A DNA stretch of 57,890 bases, filler included, from Sphacelaria rigidula (lineage: Eukaryota), in the NCBI GenBank assembly GCA_964200075.2. It is 6 parts of 6 records of this genome, joined end to end, with 100 filler letters (N's around TTAATTAATTAA, not from the genome) between each part and the next. Parts side by side here need not be neighbours in the genome. Positions count along the whole stretch, not along the records: positions 48,327 to 57,890 come from CAXNAA020008206.1; 5 more parts are not named here. One strand, 5' to 3'. The first letter of the stretch is position 1. Every line of letters starts with the position of its first letter. The position numbers were made by a program, and so were the translations under genes. The notes beneath the pieces are model-generated. The model had not been told where the DNA came from. It worked only from the letters and a program-made list of their open reading frames with translations, and searched no databases. This document shows, piece by piece, positions 57,041-57,890 of the stretch.

Positions 57041-57890
57041 ACGTTGAGCCAAGGGCGTGAATATTGGCTGGCGGGGGTCATGCTGTGCTATAGTTTCCAC
57101 TTTGTACATGGCGATTCACGAATAAGGCGTGGGTCGTCTCGTACAGTGCATTCCGGGTTGCCGTCTTATGGAATATGTATTTATTTAGAATGTAGTGTCG
57201 ATGTCGCTCGCAGGTCTTGACCATGAGGAAATAAACTGCGGGCGGTTTCACACCACGTTGCTCTGGGCGTGCACTCTATGAATGTAATTGTTTTCACTTG
57301 AAATCGATGGACCCGGCAGTAAATACACGCTGACTGGGACATGTGTTGTGACATTGGCAGTTGTGTTCCTTTAGTGTTCCGCATGAGGATTCAAGAGAGT
57401 GTGGGAAAGTTTGCGTTTGATTTCGTGAATCATGACTTTATGAAGGCGTCGAGCCGACTTGATGTTTTGTGTTGTTGAAGGTTGCAGGTATGGGAGGGCA
57501 TTAGTTTTCATTTGGCTGTACGCATAATGTGCGGCATTAATATACGGCGCTTAGCATTGCTTCGATGTTGGTCAGAGAACGAGTAGCTTCAGGACCAGCG
57601 GCGTTGGGGCGTCTACTTGTTTCCATTTTGTACGTAAGCTGTTCGAACATGCCAGTTGCGTGATTCGTTTTTGTATGTGATTCACTGCGTGATCGCAGGC
57701 GAGGAGAGTCGATTATCGTTTTTGGACATGGGGGATCACCCGAACGTTGCGTAAGGGTTCGGGTTTGGGTTTGTACATGAGGAGTGACGCCAAGGTGCCT
57801 ACCTTGTCTTGGAAATCGTACAGGAGAAGATGCCGACAGCTATGTTGGCTTGGCCTTTGCTCGAGCATATGAGGCCGTGAGTTGAAAGGG

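Overview
This is not one locus. It is six unrelated eukaryotic contigs of near-identical length (1-9566, 9667-19232, 19333-28897, 28998-38562, 38663-48226, 48327-57890; 9566, 9566, 9565, 9565, 9564 and 9564 bp). They are joined by artificial 100-nt spacers (44 N + TTAATTAATTAA + 44 N), so gene order across spacers is meaningless. The DNA is about 50% GC by eye, intron-containing and very rich in transposable elements. The element repertoire and GT-AG exon structure suggest a brown alga or related stramenopile (inference). Recognisable host genes are the 3' part of an equilibrative nucleoside transporter (two exons, + strand) and three exons of a FIST-domain protein (- strand). There is also a 50-codon signal-peptide ORF/first exon missed by the ORF track, plus a few weaker orphan exons. 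Mobile DNA comprises a decayed RTE LINE (APE + RT, (TCAA)n tail), the 3' part of an Ngaro/DIRS tyrosine-recombinase retrotransposon with split direct repeats, a decayed CRE-like RLE retroposon interrupted by another LINE fragment, an internally deleted hAT with a perfect 8-bp TSD, and a piggyBac-like element. It also includes many MITEs (Harbinger-, mariner-, piggyBac- and MULE-like) and a tRNA-derived SINE head. I found no CRISPR array, rRNA, intact tRNA or prokaryotic system, and I cannot support a claim of a new multi-gene system. The best leads are a 72-bp repeat with synonymous-biased variation, the acidic secreted micro-ORF, a LINE 3' end that lands at C-rich sites, an unassigned methyltransferase-like ORF remnant, and a cryptic ancient repeat array in the last contig.
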